This document shows positions 50,895 to 64,000 of a DNA stretch of 64,000 nt, one piece after another. How positions within the stretch are numbered: the first letter of the stretch is position 1; each line of letters opens with the position of its first letter. The notes beneath the pieces are model-generated. The model was not told the DNA's origin. It worked only from the letters and a program-made list of their open reading frames with translations, and ran no database searches. The translations under genes were made by a program, and so were the position numbers. Source of the DNA: Octopus bimaculoides (Eukaryota); assembly GCF_001194135.2 (NCBI RefSeq), contig NC_068983.1, positions 164,943,352 to 165,007,351 of the forward strand, in the 5' to 3' direction.

Positions 50895-51185
50895 GGGCAC
50901 TCCGTCGATTACAGCAATGAGTGTTCAATTAACGGAAAAATTAATGTGGCTGATCAAGTGACAGAGCCCTCCACAGACACGAGTACCATTAACGTAGTTC
51001 TCACGGAGATTCAGTGCAACACAGAATGTAACAAATCTGGTACTTTGAACTACAGGCACCACTCATGTTTGACAGAAGCAACTTTATAAAGTGTTTTGCT
51101 CAGTGACATAACACCCCACCAGGAATCGAACTTACCACCTTACAACCGTGAGCCAAATATGGTAACCACTGAACCTCGCGCTTTC
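50895..51185 (-). mobile_element. SINE family D (diverged)
   Basis: Alignable to 12583-12862. Confidence 0.72.
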
Positions 51186-51451
51186 TCTTCTCGTAACTAA
51201 CCGCTTTTCTATAACTTAATTTTCTTTCATCGACGTGATCCACTCTACAGTTGACAATGGTGTAAATTGAACTTGAAACAGTGCAGTTAAGCAGTAACTG
51301 ACCAAATGATATTTAGTTATTACATTGATTTTTACCACAGCAGTACTTCCCAAAGGATATCCAATTCCAGTGTTTCTTAACCCAGCTCCTAACCCCAGCT
51401 GTAATCCATACTACACATTAGCATAAAAGCTTAAACCTTCCGATAATTCTT

Positions 51452-51665
51452 TCTAATTCTGGCTCAGGGTCATCAATTTTGAAGGGAAGAGCCAGTTAGT
51501 TACATCAACCACAGTTCTTGCTCGGTACTTATTTTTTTACAGAACTGGAAGGGTGAAGGCCAAAGTTGAACCCGGCATTATTTGAACTCAGAGCGTAAAA
51601 CGCCGGAAGAAATGCCGCTTGGCGTTTTGTCTGATGTACTAACGATTCTGCTCACGCGCCGCTTT
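51452..51665 (-). mobile_element. SINE family A (diverged)
   Basis: Reverse-complement match to head and core. Confidence 0.7.
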
Positions 51666-52174
51666 AAACCTTCCCCCAATGAAAGCAAAAAATCTAGAGA
51701 GGGAATGGTGACATGGTTTAAGATACAAGGTCAACCAAATTGTCCTGTTCGGCAAATATCCCAACCAAAAAACGTTAGTCCCAATTGTATCTCAAGGTTA
51801 GTGGGCCTCGTTACATTGGTAAAAATAGCAACTTAATTCTCCTTAAATTACATCGTACAGACAAATAAAATGGTGATAACCAAAACTACATCGGTTAATA
51901 TTGTATTAGAAGCATAATCATTGCTGGGATGCTTTTTACCAATAGTCTGTTCTGTTGGAACCGACCTGGGGTTAAATTAGAACACAATTTCGTAAATGAT
52001 ATAAATGTTTAAGAACACATACAACACGTGTACGCTACTGACGAGAGTATTTAATTACATTCCATTACACAAAGTAAATCTCGGCAATCCAAAGAATTAA
52101 CTAAAAACATACTAAAATATCATCCTTCTTCTATTCATACAATTTCTTTTAATGTATAATGTAAAGGAAAAGCC

Positions 52175-52292
52175 CTCCCTCTCACTCTCTCTCTGTCTCT
52201 TTCTCCTTACTCTCTCACTCACTCTCTCTCACTCTGTCTTTCTCTTTACTCTCTCACTCACTCTCTCTCTGTCTTTCTCCTTACTCTCTCAC
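52175..52292. repeat. CT-rich minisatellite, about 3 copies of a ~40-bp unit
   Basis: CTGTCTTTCTCYTTACTCTCTCACTCACTCTCTCTC recurs three times. Confidence 0.75.
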
Positions 52293-52411
52293 ACATTCAC
52301 ACAACTGTGTATAACAAAAATTTTAATCTTTTGGCTGATACCATCAAAACACTCTCCAACTTGTGTCTGTTACTTTGTTCTTACATTAAAAGATAAAAGT
52401 GAGAAGTCTTC

Positions 52412-52770
52412 CAGGCGTGCCTGTGTGTGTGGTAAGAAGCTTGTTTCCCAACCACAAGTTTCGGGGTTCAGTCCCACTGCGTGGAACCTTCGGCAAGTGC
52501 TATCCATTGCAACTTCGTGCCGACCAAAGCATCGTGAGTGGATTTAGTAGACGGAAACTGAAAGAAGCTCGTCGTGTGTGTGTGTGACCACTGCTTGATG
52601 TGTTTACGTCGCCGTAACATTAGCGGTTGGATAGAAACGATCGATAAAATAAATATCAGGATGAAAGAAAAGAAAATGAAGTACTGGGGTCCATTTGTTC
52701 AACTAAAATCCTTTAAGGTGGTGCCCCAGCATGGCCACATTGAAATAACCGAAGCAAAAGATAAACGATA
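52412..52770 (+). mobile_element. SINE family B, full length
   Basis: GGCGTGCCTGTGTGTGGTAAGAAGCTTG head through CCAGCATGGCCAC tail. Confidence 0.83.
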
Positions 52771-52859
52771 AAGCAAATTGGATTTCTACCGAGTTGTAAT
52801 AACTGAATCTATTTATAATCACCATCACTACATTTTATATATATATATATATATATACA

Positions 52860-53250
52860 TACAGTGATACCTCGCACTACGAGTTTAATTCGTTCCACGA
52901 CCGAGCTCGTCTTATGATTTATTCGTTTTACAAATCAATTTTCCCCCACTGAAATTAAGTAAAATATAATTAATCCGTTCCAGCCCCACAAAATCAATCA
53001 AAAATAATTTTTGATGGGTTTTAAAACAGAAAAAGTGTAGATACAAATAAAATGACAATTATAAAACGGAGAATACGAAAGAAATATGGAAACTGGTTTT
53101 ATTAACTGATTAAACCTTAAAGATGGGACGATTTGTGTGCTCATATTGTGGATATCCGCTCTTACCTCAAGACAAAAATTTGCACGAGTCTCAGCTCGTA
53201 CAGCAAATTACTCGTTGAACGGGACACTCGTACTGCGAAGTCCTACTGTA
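52860..53250. mobile_element. Tigger/pogo-like MITE
   Basis: TA-CAGTGATACCTCGCACTACGAG ... CTCGTACTGCGAAGTCCTACTG-TA, with TA flanks. Confidence 0.78.
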
Positions 53251-54061
53251 TACTGAGTGATGAATCAGTTTCATTCATACCAGCCCAGCCTTCCAAATCT
53301 AATGACCACCCTAATTCTGTTGATCGATGCATAGGATAATCTTTTCTCAAGTTATCTTTTGTCACACCCTCTCTTTCTCCTGTAATATTTCCTTCACGCT
53401 ATTCCGTCACCGACACCCGTCACCGACACCCGTCACCGCAATCACCTCAAAACGAGTGTCGTTCATAACAGTCGGTCATAGCAATAGAACAATTATGTTT
53501 CCAAACAACACGTCCTTAATCAATCATACTTAATCATACTTAATAAACAATTAACCAGTTATTATTAATACATATGCTCTCCTTTACACTTACTATCACA
53601 ACAATTATTACAGCCAGCAACATCATTGTTCGTGTTAGCAAAGACTGGATAGCAATCGAAATATTATTAGCATTGTTGTACACTTGGCATTCATAAAAGT
53701 AGCGATGAGGAATAGCCATGTATCATACTCAATGTATGATAGACTAATTACTGCTGTATCCTTCCTAATATAACATCCATTATGGACGTACTATGTTAAA
53801 AACTATATATATCAGAAAGAGACGAAGCAGCAAAGTAACAGTAAGTAGCCAGAGAGAATGTCGGAAACATTTTGGTCTTGATTAAACTTTACAATAAGCT
53901 GCACTCCGAACCAGCCGCATGTTTGGATATCACCACACCAGTATGAATACAGCAGTAACTGGCTTATAAACTGTGTACATTACATTATCTACGATACACA
54001 GATAGCTATTTAATTATTTGTATATACCAGTAACGAACTTGAAATATCTTTTATCTACTTC

Positions 54062-54478
54062 GTGTTTCAGTCATTAGACTGAGGCCATACTGGAGCACCG
54101 CTTTGAAGATATTTTATCGAACAAATCGAACCTAGTATTTATTATTCTTTTGTAAAATCTAATATTTTTTTTCTATAGGTCTCTCTTGCCTAACTGCTAT
54201 ATTAAGAGGATATAAAGACACCATTACCGGTTGTCAAGCGATGGGGAAGGAACACACACACACTATATATATATATATATAAATAAAATGTTAAATAAAA
54301 TAAGATAACAAGGCCAAGACAATGTGATATTTCTAGGACATCTATTGTCATATTATTTACCATTTACACACTCAGACACGACCCGACTTAGACTCCTGAC
54401 TCCATATTGTCATTTAACCAGGACTTTAACAGCGGTCCTTCTATAGCACTTAGGTCTTCTAGACACCAAAACATCTCG

Positions 54479-54521
<43 letters not shown>

Positions 54522-54580
54522 NNNNNNNNNNTGGAACCATGTGGTTGGGAAGAAAATTTCTTACCACAGAGTCACGCCAG
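54062..54580 (-). mobile_element. SINE family B pieces: tail 54062-54255 and head fragment 54532-54580, separated by unique sequence and a gap
   Basis: Reverse-complement matches to both family B halves. Confidence 0.65.
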
Positions 54581-56687
54581 CCCGACGTTCGAGGTTGAAA
54601 TAGCATAAAATTTTTAAAAAAACCATTTATGTAATGAATGTATTTAGACATATATAGAGGGTATGGTGTTATTTTTCGGTTTTTGGGTTTTCCTGAGAAA
54701 AATTCTCTTCATAGACAGGCTGTGTTTAAAACATAATACATATATATACCGGAATGAGACAGACACTGTCCTAGCAGTGACCAATGAGAAATTCTGACGC
54801 GTCTGAGAGATTTTGTCTTAGACAAAAAGCACAACATCTTGTCTTTCAAAAGGTACATATGCGTTAAGAATGGTCCATAAATGGTGGGTTTTAACTAAAC
54901 AGTTAGCAAAAAGTGCTTGAGAATATGAATATTGTTATTTTACATGTCATGAGTGTTGAGAGCCGTAATCCACTGGTATGTAGAAGTAATAATAAAATGT
55001 AACTTGTGAGTATTGACCAAATGGATTCAACGCGCTGCAAGCTCTACCGCACAGAAAGAATTGAACTCAACACTTTTCCAGTCATGGGTAATTATCAGAA
55101 AATATGGTATACATACAATAATTAAAATTTAACCTTCATCAAATTTCTTACTAAACAAACTCGAACACACATACACAAGGTGTGTGTGTTGTTAGTTCGT
55201 GGGTCGGCTGCGTTTTAGGCGTAAGAGATATATTCTCAATACGCCTGGTGTTAAAAACACCTGAAAGTAAGTCATAGGCAAGCGAGACAACTCTCATCCG
55301 GTCCCTTCTCGAAGCGACAGACATCGATGTTTCGTCATTGTGACGTTTCGATTCTACGTCGAGCTGCTTCTAGTTCATACTTGAAATGTCTTAGTGTTTA
55401 TTGCAAAATGATGAAATGCATACAGATTTTCAACAGAAGGAATATTAATTATCTTAAAATAAAATTAAATTTTAAAAACTTTCTCGTTTGTATATGTGTT
55501 ATAATTATTCAAACTTTTATCGACATCAGAATTTACTTATCGAAAACCTATCTCATCCAAACTTTCTGTCTCTGTAATTCTTTCGCCGTCTCTATGATTG
55601 TGTATGTATGTGAATAGAATGAAACCGTCTACTCATTTCTTGTCACCAAGCCGAGTATGTGCACTCATCTTGTTAACTCTCTCTCCCTACGATGTCAAAC
55701 ATAGTGGGAGAAATCAGCCAAACAAACAAACAGATCTTATTAAACGGAGATGCATTTTATTGTATCTTCATTTCAAATAGTCCAACTGGTTAAATAAAAG
55801 CATTTCATGACCAAAGCGTTTAACTTGCTACTTAGATAACAACCTCACATAATGGAAATATTGCAAGTGTTACAGTTTTGTATGTAGGCGTCAGATGTTA
55901 ATCTAGAGTGTTGGAACCAGACTAGATTTGCTGCCACCGCGCATATTGTGGTTGTGTCTACACTTGTGCCTGTGTATCTCTGTGTGTATCGAATTCAGAT
56001 TAAAAAGTGAGCCAAATCATTAATTATAATGCTGAAGATGATTCAGTGTTTTATCTCTTAATGCTTCTTATTATTCTTCGCTTATTTGTTTATTTATAAT
56101 CGTATTCTGTTGTAGATGTTGAACCGACCATCCGGATGAAATTCAAAAATATTCTACGCCGCAGATTACAAACAGCTATATTGATCAAACAATACGTTCA
56201 TTAATCAACTTGATGAATTATTTTCTTAATATCTGCTTAGACTGATATATCTTAAAGCTCTTCGCTTTGCTGAACTTTGATTCTTACACACGAATGAAAC
56301 CATTTCACGCCATTTTGTATGTCCCAGCCTATCTGTTCAAATTCCATGTCTATTTCGTGTACTATCATATATACTAATGTCTATTGATTGTACGAAACAT
56401 TTGCGCAAGGAGCTCCACAGTGCAACTGTAGCCGAAACTACGTGTTTGCAAAGCGTGCTTCATGCAACTGCATGTATGTTTAGCCGCGACACAAAGTTTT
56501 AAACAATTGCTTAAAGACCACAATAATGTTAACTGACTGGAATTAGAGTGGAGACGTGTAGAACATGGTTTGATAAATCTGTGCTGTCAACAGAAAATAT
56601 CTTATTGCCGAATTATTCAATAAGATATTTATTGCCTTATTCTTCTTATTGCCGAATTCGTCAAACATTTTCTTTTATTCTTTTACT

Positions 56688-57050
56688 TGCTTCAGTCATT
56701 TGACTGTGACCATGCTGGAGCATCGCCTTTAGTCGAGCAAATCGACCCCAGGACTTATTCTTTGTAAGCCTAATACTTATTCTATCGGTGTCTTTCCCCG
56801 AACCGCTAAGTTACGGGGACGTAAACACAGCAGCATCGGTCGTCAAGTGATGGTGGGGGACAAACATGGACACACAAACACACATACATATATACGACGG
56901 GCTTCTTTCAGCTTCCATCTACTAAATCCACTCACAAGGCTTTAGTCGGCCCGAGGCTATAGTAGAAGACACTTGCCAAAGGTGCAACGTAGTGGGACTG
57001 AACCCGGAACCATGTGGTTGGTTAGCAAGCTACATACCACACAGCCACTC
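56688..57050 (-). mobile_element. SINE family B, full length, near consensus
   Basis: Clean match to both halves. Confidence 0.9.
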
Positions 57051-58282
57051 TTGGCTAAATTCTTTACATATGGCCTCGTAATTAACTGCATTTATAGAAT
57101 CTGCTTACTTTCCTGGTTTCTATCATGGAAAACTCACAGAATCCTGGTCCAAAATTTTCATCATTGTAACTTAAAACAAAAATTCTCTGATTCTATAAAT
57201 TTTGGAAACTAATATTCCAAAGAGAGTCAATGTTTCTTGCATTTATTTTGCTAAATAATCCTCTGAAATTCATTCCTAAATCCCCATTGGTTGGTTATAT
57301 GGTAGATTAAAATCCCATTGATCAACTGTTACTTTCTGAAATAATAAAAAAAGCCCAATACAAATAATGGTTTTGTTGATATAAAGATCTTAAAAATATC
57401 TGTAATATTGAGAAACAGCTGGAATTGATAACCTTTTCAGTTGATATAGGGATGGAATTTAGCCAAAATAATGTCTCTACTTTATCGCATGAAAGCTGTT
57501 TACAACAATGATTTCGCTATCTCGCCTGTTCTAAACAATGAAAGCTACATATAACTTGATACATACAAACAAAGATAAAATGGACGAAGAGATTTTTATA
57601 GAATTTACGAGGTAGTGAAGTCTATATGTAGTCGCATGACCTGATAGAAATAGCAGAAATATATTCCTCATACCACACTTAACAGTCGTAAAAGGTAAAT
57701 GACATACTGGATAGTGTTAGATGTACTAAGCTTAAAGAAATAATGGATGGTGTTTCGAGTAGGAATGCCTTTAACCATAGGTCAGCTCATCTTTAATCGT
57801 AGCTACTCTTTAGAAGATCATCTGATTGAGTTGATGAGCAAAGCTGAGTGTGAGAATAAATAAGAACAATGTCAGATCTCAAAATATCTAGCAATAGCTT
57901 TATTTGCACTAACGCTGCTCTCGGCCATATTTCACCTACTTAATTACACTCGAAAGGAAATCCGCCATCTTCGTATTAAAACCCACATCAACTGGAAACT
58001 CAGATATAGTGACATTAAAGACGCGTTCTGGTTTAGAAAATAAATATGACGATGAAAGTGGCTTAAGAACCGTTCTTACACCCTTTAAGTGTTGTTTGCC
58101 GTCACCCAAGCACCAAAACCAATTGCAAGAAAAAGATCTGAATGTAAGGAGAGTAACTTGATACAGTTTGTGTTTGAATTATTAAACTCTTGAGGGATGT
58201 CTGATGAGAACCTACAAATATCATATTAATCTACCTCAGATTGGAACAAACACGCTGCTTATCAATAAGTAGCCATGTGTAG

Positions 58283-58338
<56 letters not shown>

Positions 58339-58744
58339 GGAGGGGGAGAGAGGGAGAGGGAGGGAGAGAGAGAGAGGGAGAGAGTGTTAAGAAGTAAACA
58401 ATGCATTTTTATCATTAACCAAAGCCTTTTATTTCAATATATTGATATTTCTTGCAGATAGCCTTTAATAGTGGATAAAATATGAATAGAAACGCTGAGG
58501 AGGAAATATTTTTCGAAATCACGGTCACTAAATCGACAATATCGTCGTGTGTCTCATAAGATCAACGTTGCTTACTGGACAAATAGACAAATAGCTCGCG
58601 AAATTGTGGGACCAGCTGTTTATGGTGCATGTATATACATGCATAAATATAATTACGGAGATGTACTTGCATAGCAAGTGACCTGATCTGAGAACGTGTG
58701 CTGGAACGAAAACAATTGCAGCGTGGAAGGTGTTTATAAGCCAT

Positions 58745-58915
58745 TTAGGAAACACTCAAAAACCGTTAAATTCACTTCAACATTTAAATTTAATTTGCCA
58801 AAATATTTTCGTCTTTTTGAGACCGCGACCTGTTCACTGAAAAATGTCAGTGAACAGGTCGCTGTCTCAAATTTAAATGTTGAAGTGAATCTAACGGTTT
58901 TTGTGTGTTTCTTAA
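58745..58915. mobile_element. Small MITE-like element with nested hairpin
   Basis: ~47-bp outer inverted repeat plus an internal ~25-bp stem TTTGAGACCGCGACCTGTTCACTGA / TCAGTGAACAGGTCGCTGTCTCAAA. Confidence 0.65.
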
Positions 58916-61829
58916 ATGATCTTATAAACTTATATATAATATATATGACATATTTATATAGATATGTGTGTAAAAAGTAGTATGTGTAGTCTATGCATTT
59001 CTTTATTTTGTAGGTGCGTATCTAAGAGATAATATTGTTTTCTCAATGAATAGGAATGCTATACTCTGACCTTGCGATTAACTGATTGAAATGCAAAAAG
59101 GAGCAGCCAGATGTTTGGAGAAAGACAGATTTATTGGATAAGTTTACTGTATGCGTTCACTGTTGTACCTGCTATAATAAAATGCATATTCCTTATCTCT
59201 ACATATGTTATTATGCGTTGATATTTTACATTATCTTTGATTTATGATTATGCAACATTTACGGAGAAATAAAAGTAAACCTTTGCATTTGTTTGACTTC
59301 TGAAGGATGGCTGGTTGTTATTCTTGATCTGTAATTGCACTTGAATTACTCTAAGACCATTCTTTCTTGACGTTCATTGTCAAATGGGACAGAGTAACAT
59401 GAAAATAAAACTGATATTGAAAGCTCATACGGCCTTTTAGATTTTATGTGAATGCAATAACTTCTCAAAGCAATGGAAAATGAGAAATTAAGTATCAGAG
59501 AATTGGGGGGGGGGGATAACATACTTTTTCTTTGGGGTAAGAAAGTATGGTGGTCTAAACATTTTTCCTTAGAAAAGACTCTTAGCTTTCTTTATCGAAT
59601 CTCTTATTTGTTCTAGACCTTTTAATGCATTGCTTATTCACTTGTACAGAAGAAAGACCCAAACACTTAGGAAATCTATAGTAAGGAGGATAAGCTCCCT
59701 TATCTGTCATGGAAGTTGATGTTCATCAGCTAAGAAAATAAGTTTATTGATTAAAGGTAATCGTTCCGGGATCAATGATCTAAACACAATGCTTTTTAAT
59801 TGACAAAGTTTAATCTTATTCAAATGAGGTCAATATAAATACTAAGGACAAATGTATGCCTGTCTTGTAAACACTTTCTAACAGTCTAATTATAAAACAG
59901 AAAAGAAAGATGGCATTTAAAATATAAACAATGTTAGTGTCTCCTGTCTCCTCATTTCAAATGATAAATAATGACACAGTGAAGAGTGGATTCTTCCAAT
60001 ATGGATCAAGTCTAGCTACACGTAGAATTTAATCTACACACGTTTAGTATTTGAAGTATCCATCATGATTATATTCCGTCATATTGTGAAATGACGTTAG
60101 GCAATGACTGTATTGGAAATCAAAATATGATGGTGGAATATCACTTCGCCTTCCGCTCTATTTCGTTTAATTATGCAGCACAACAAAGTCGCCATGGTTC
60201 GCGTAAATTCCTTTTATATACAAATTGATATTATGTTCTCAGCATAAAGGTATTCAGTCGATATAGTACAGTCAGGTTTTGTTTGCTCAGCGTAATACAA
60301 CGTTCAGAAAAATAAGTAACGAATCCTGATTGATTTAGGCTCTAAGACACCCGCATGTATACAAGGTAATAGTGTTTTTGATGTTAATTTTGTAGGGAGC
60401 AAGAGATTTAGACTGTTTCAGAATAACTAGAGTTTATATTTCATTGCAATTTACTCTGACAATGGTCACGTCAATTTTAAAATAAATCATGCGCAAACCA
60501 TTGTATCTCCATTTCGAAAGTCAATTCAAAGACATTCTGTTTATCCAAGCACCAGAATATCTATTATCTACCACAGTAAATTGAGTCAGATATTACAATA
60601 TATTTGCTGCATAGCTTATGTATGAATACTCAAGTAAAGATTGATCAAATTTATACAAACTGAATTGTATTTATTTAGTTTATATCACTGTCTGTTTATA
60701 TTTGTAATCTAGTTTCATACTTTCGAGTCAACCGTTATTTTCCAAATATCTCCTTCATGATTCTCTTTCATTTTCTATTTGACAACAGTCAATATTTTCT
60801 GCTTCTTGAACAATAGAGTACAGCTTGCTTGAAAAATAAAAAAAGTAGTTTTTCCTTCTACTTACAACTCTAAGTATTTCTTATATCAAACAAGACACGT
60901 CAGCTTTGTTTTACTCGGTCCCACGTAAGGCGTCTCTTAATCCCCCCTTTTGTGCCGATATGGTGCATTTTCTTTTACAACAGTGAGTTTTGCTTCCTCT
61001 AGTTCTACTTCGAGTTTCCTCTACATTTAACCAACATTTTATTTTCTTTCTTTTACTCATTTAATCTCTCTAAAAGCTTTTCTTTGTTGTTTGTACTATA
61101 TCTAAAGAATATGGCTTAATCTATCGGCGTTTATTTAGAGGAGAAAAAAAAACAACTATCTATCCGTCTGGTTATTACTGAACAAGAAAGTTCCGGTTTT
61201 GGTCTGTAGCAAAAACCTATTGAAATTGTGGTCTGCATAGAAACTTCAAACAGTTACCTGACACTCAATGTCTGTTTTTCCTTTTATTAACAATCATAAT
61301 ATCCTTTCATAGCTTATAAATTAGGTAACCTTGCAACGGATAAGTAAACAAGTAAATAAGGTGTACTAGATTAGCTTTTTCTTTCATCCTAAGTACACAA
61401 TGTCGTTTAGATTAATAAATACATCATAACAAATTTCATGAATACCTCTATAGTTTCTCTTCCACCTTTCGACCTCCCGCTCTTTATCTCTCTGGGTTCA
61501 TTTCCTTCCTTCTTTCTTTCTCTTTCTTAATCCGGATAATAAGATATATAATTAAGGTCTTTTATTCTATCTTGTTGTACCAGTCGTGTGGAGATTATGC
61601 CTTGCAAATCCATTTACTTAATATATTCCTATGTGGCTTTCGTAACGACATGAAGTATATTTGATCTGCAGGAGAATTTCAAGAACCAAGTTTAATACCG
61701 AGTTGAACCATTAGTTTATTAATTTGTGCAGGTCACAACTTGGTTATATAATTGCATCGGACGAAATTATAACTGGTGTGTGTGTGTGTGTGTGTGTGTG
61801 GCCTGTACTGACCAGATTATTAGATGTCA

Positions 61830-62055
61830 TAGAACGCTGGTCACGATGGGCTTCCAACTCTTTTGCTTCCTGCTACAAATTGTTTTGGGGGCCTTCTGAG
61901 TCGTCTTTTCCGATTTATTGGATACCACTCGGCAATTGTGCAGGTCCACCTCTTGTATGTGAACCTAACTATATTTCCGACCCAGCGAAACTTCTGCTTT
62001 CGGCATTCTGCGATCACACTGCTCCCTTTGCTTCGTTTTCAGATATGCTCGACCA
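61830..62055 (-). mobile_element. RTE-clade LINE 3' fragment
   Basis: The minus strand reads IAECRKQKFRWVGNIVRFTYKRWTCTIAEWYPINRKRRLRRPPKQF. It is also alignable at DNA level with the 41 kb fragment (ATTCTGCGATCACA shared). Confidence 0.78.
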
Positions 62056-62288
62056 TTCGATTCGTAGCAAACCGATGTTCTCTTCCTTCAGGTGGAACGG
62101 TACTAGTGAAGGGACAGGCATGTATGACCTTTTCCAGCTAAGCGAACGAGCAAAAGCTATAAGCTGCCTGGTTAATATTTGAGCAAGACACCGGCAAAAT
62201 CTCCACGATGAAAAAAAATTATATATCGTTGGCAACATCTAAAGACGGAACTGTGTGCAGAAGAGTAATAAAGAGGAAGGGATCGATG

Positions 62289-62503
62289 TGCGAGGGTTGG
62301 TGAAAAGTTCCTGGCTTAAAGGGTTTTGCAAAAGGCTTCATTGAAGGTTCAACGTTCCAAGTTCTTTTACAGGGCTGAAGGACGACTGAAATAAATGTGT
62401 GATTCTGAGAGGGGGGGGGGGATACGTTGAATAAAATCATAATTAACTTATTTCCTATATTTTCTTCTACCCAAAGCCAGGAACTCTTCAGCACCCCCTA
62501 GTA
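62289..62503 (+). mobile_element. Internally deleted mariner element
   Basis: TIRs CGAGGGTTGGTGAAAAGTTCCTGGCT / AGCCAGGAACTCTTCAGCACCCCCTAG. The interior retains a remnant of the transposase C-terminus (..CDSE-G-YVE*). Confidence 0.7.
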
Positions 62504-62734
62504 TATATACGTGTGTTTGTAGTGAATCTGTGTTAGTGGATATATATATATATCTCAAAGGTTATATATTAATATATGCAAGATTAACTGCTCTAAGTAG
62601 AAGAAAACTGTTATGAAAATAGTTGCATTCTATATGCTCAGTAAAGATTGGCTTCTGCTTTTGGCACAGAACCAGACATTTAGAGAAGGAGAATTTAGTC
62701 GATGCAATATTTAACGGGTGCCTTCCTTTGTGAT

Positions 62735-62855
62735 TCCGGAAGGTGAAAACCAAGGCTGAACTCAGCGGTATTTGAACTCAGAATGTATAGAGCCGGAAGA
62801 AATGCCGCAAAATATTTTGTTCGATGCTCTAATGATTCTGAAAAATCCCCGCCCT
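62735..62855 (-). mobile_element. SINE family A, 5' part
   Basis: TTTGAACTCAGAA..AAATGCCGCAAAATATT..GCTCTAATGATTCTG matches the reverse-complement head. Confidence 0.65.
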
Positions 62856-63829
62856 TTCTATCCGGGGAAGTATGACAGTGAATCAGTCCATTCCAAGTCC
62901 ATTTTTAAGGCTTGTTTGTCCATGTTGAGTCGCTTCAGTGCAGCTATCGTCACCTGAGATTTAAATAAGTGTCGGTATACGAGTGACTTATAATAATAAT
63001 ACACATGGTTAGCTTAAATTTATGCAATTTAAACTGAAGAGAGGCATTTGTTTGCATCTCTGCAGATCGTGTTGACGACAAACTCCAAATGGTCCGCTGC
63101 ACTTCTAAAACTTAGTTAAATTTCACGTCAACCCATGAGATGTGATGAGAGATAAACAGACTATAAATTAAATACCACCATTCCAAATATAAACGTCATT
63201 AGATAATGCAGCCATTTGTAATTGATGGAGGATAACAAACTCACTGACAAACCTCCAGCCGCGATTATATTGTCTGCCAAAGGGCCATATTATTGATTAC
63301 AATCAAACTCATTATTGAACTTATTTTTGTGATGGGATGTAATCGATAACGTGGTTTTCAGGCGTTTCACAAATTATATAGTCCGAGGTTCTAATCAGCA
63401 AGTTCCTTGTACTTTTACAATTCCAAATTACTGTTTACATGCTCCGTACTATTTATGTAATAAAAAGTGGCCATTTGTTTGAACGTCGATCATGTTCTTG
63501 ACGTTAATATTCTTCGAAATCATCAAATTAAAGTGTAATGCCTTCATATGTTTCACGTCCGTCTATTGAAAGTCTCATACTCAAAAACTTAAAAACTGTA
63601 ATTAATACTTGATCAACAGCAGACAACTGTACAATTTATAAATTATTCAAATTGTTCCATCAAAGTTCCTACCTATTCTATTTAAGTAGCTCTTAGATAT
63701 AAGTCCTCTTCATGAAACATGTGACACCAATCTTCGTTATTTTCCTGTGTGCCATATGAACAGTAAAACGTGTGGACATCTGTTTAAAGTTTAGTTTAAG
63801 AATGGTTTAAAAACTTTAGGTAGATTACC

Positions 63830-63888
<59 letters not shown>

Positions 63889-64000
63889 GAATTGTTGGCT
63901 GGATAGATAGATAGATAAATAGATAGATATACGCAATATTAATTCTCTGAGCGAGAAGTAAATAGTAGCAGCGCAAAAGCGAAAAATATAATTGCCAGCT

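Overview
AT-rich, repeat-dense eukaryotic scaffold with four N-gaps and many (TA)n, (CA)n, (ATT)n and (GATA)n tracts. The SINE families and microsatellite load look like an Octopus genome (inference). The only host gene I can support is a globin on the minus strand. Its last two coding exons are 10631-10403 and 8437-8192, with introns at the ancestral globin positions B12.2 and G7.0. The sequence resembles the globin X-like (GbXL) group and has a ~40 aa C-terminal extension. Its first coding exon was not found. The rest is mostly decayed mobile DNA. Retroelements include two R4/Dong-type REL LINEs, a Penelope-like element (RT + GIY-YIG), a CR1-group LINE, two RTE 3' ends and about 30 SINE copies of 3-4 modular families. 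DNA elements include a DD37D Tc1/mariner transposon and several MITEs (Tc1, mariner, Tigger-like, hAT, Kolobok-like, foldback). The most notable observations are: a minimal hammerhead-ribozyme-like motif with a non-canonical core; two independent REL LINEs docked tail-to-tail in the (ATT)n tail of the same SINE family; a MITE with a central head-to-head telomere-repeat palindrome; a ~540 bp near-perfect hairpin nested in a hAT MITE; and a Penelope-like RT with a long insertion between motifs A and B'. Most short ORFs in the supplied track are microsatellite artefacts. I found no CRISPR array, rRNA or bona fide tRNA gene, and nothing I can confirm as a new biological system from sequence alone.
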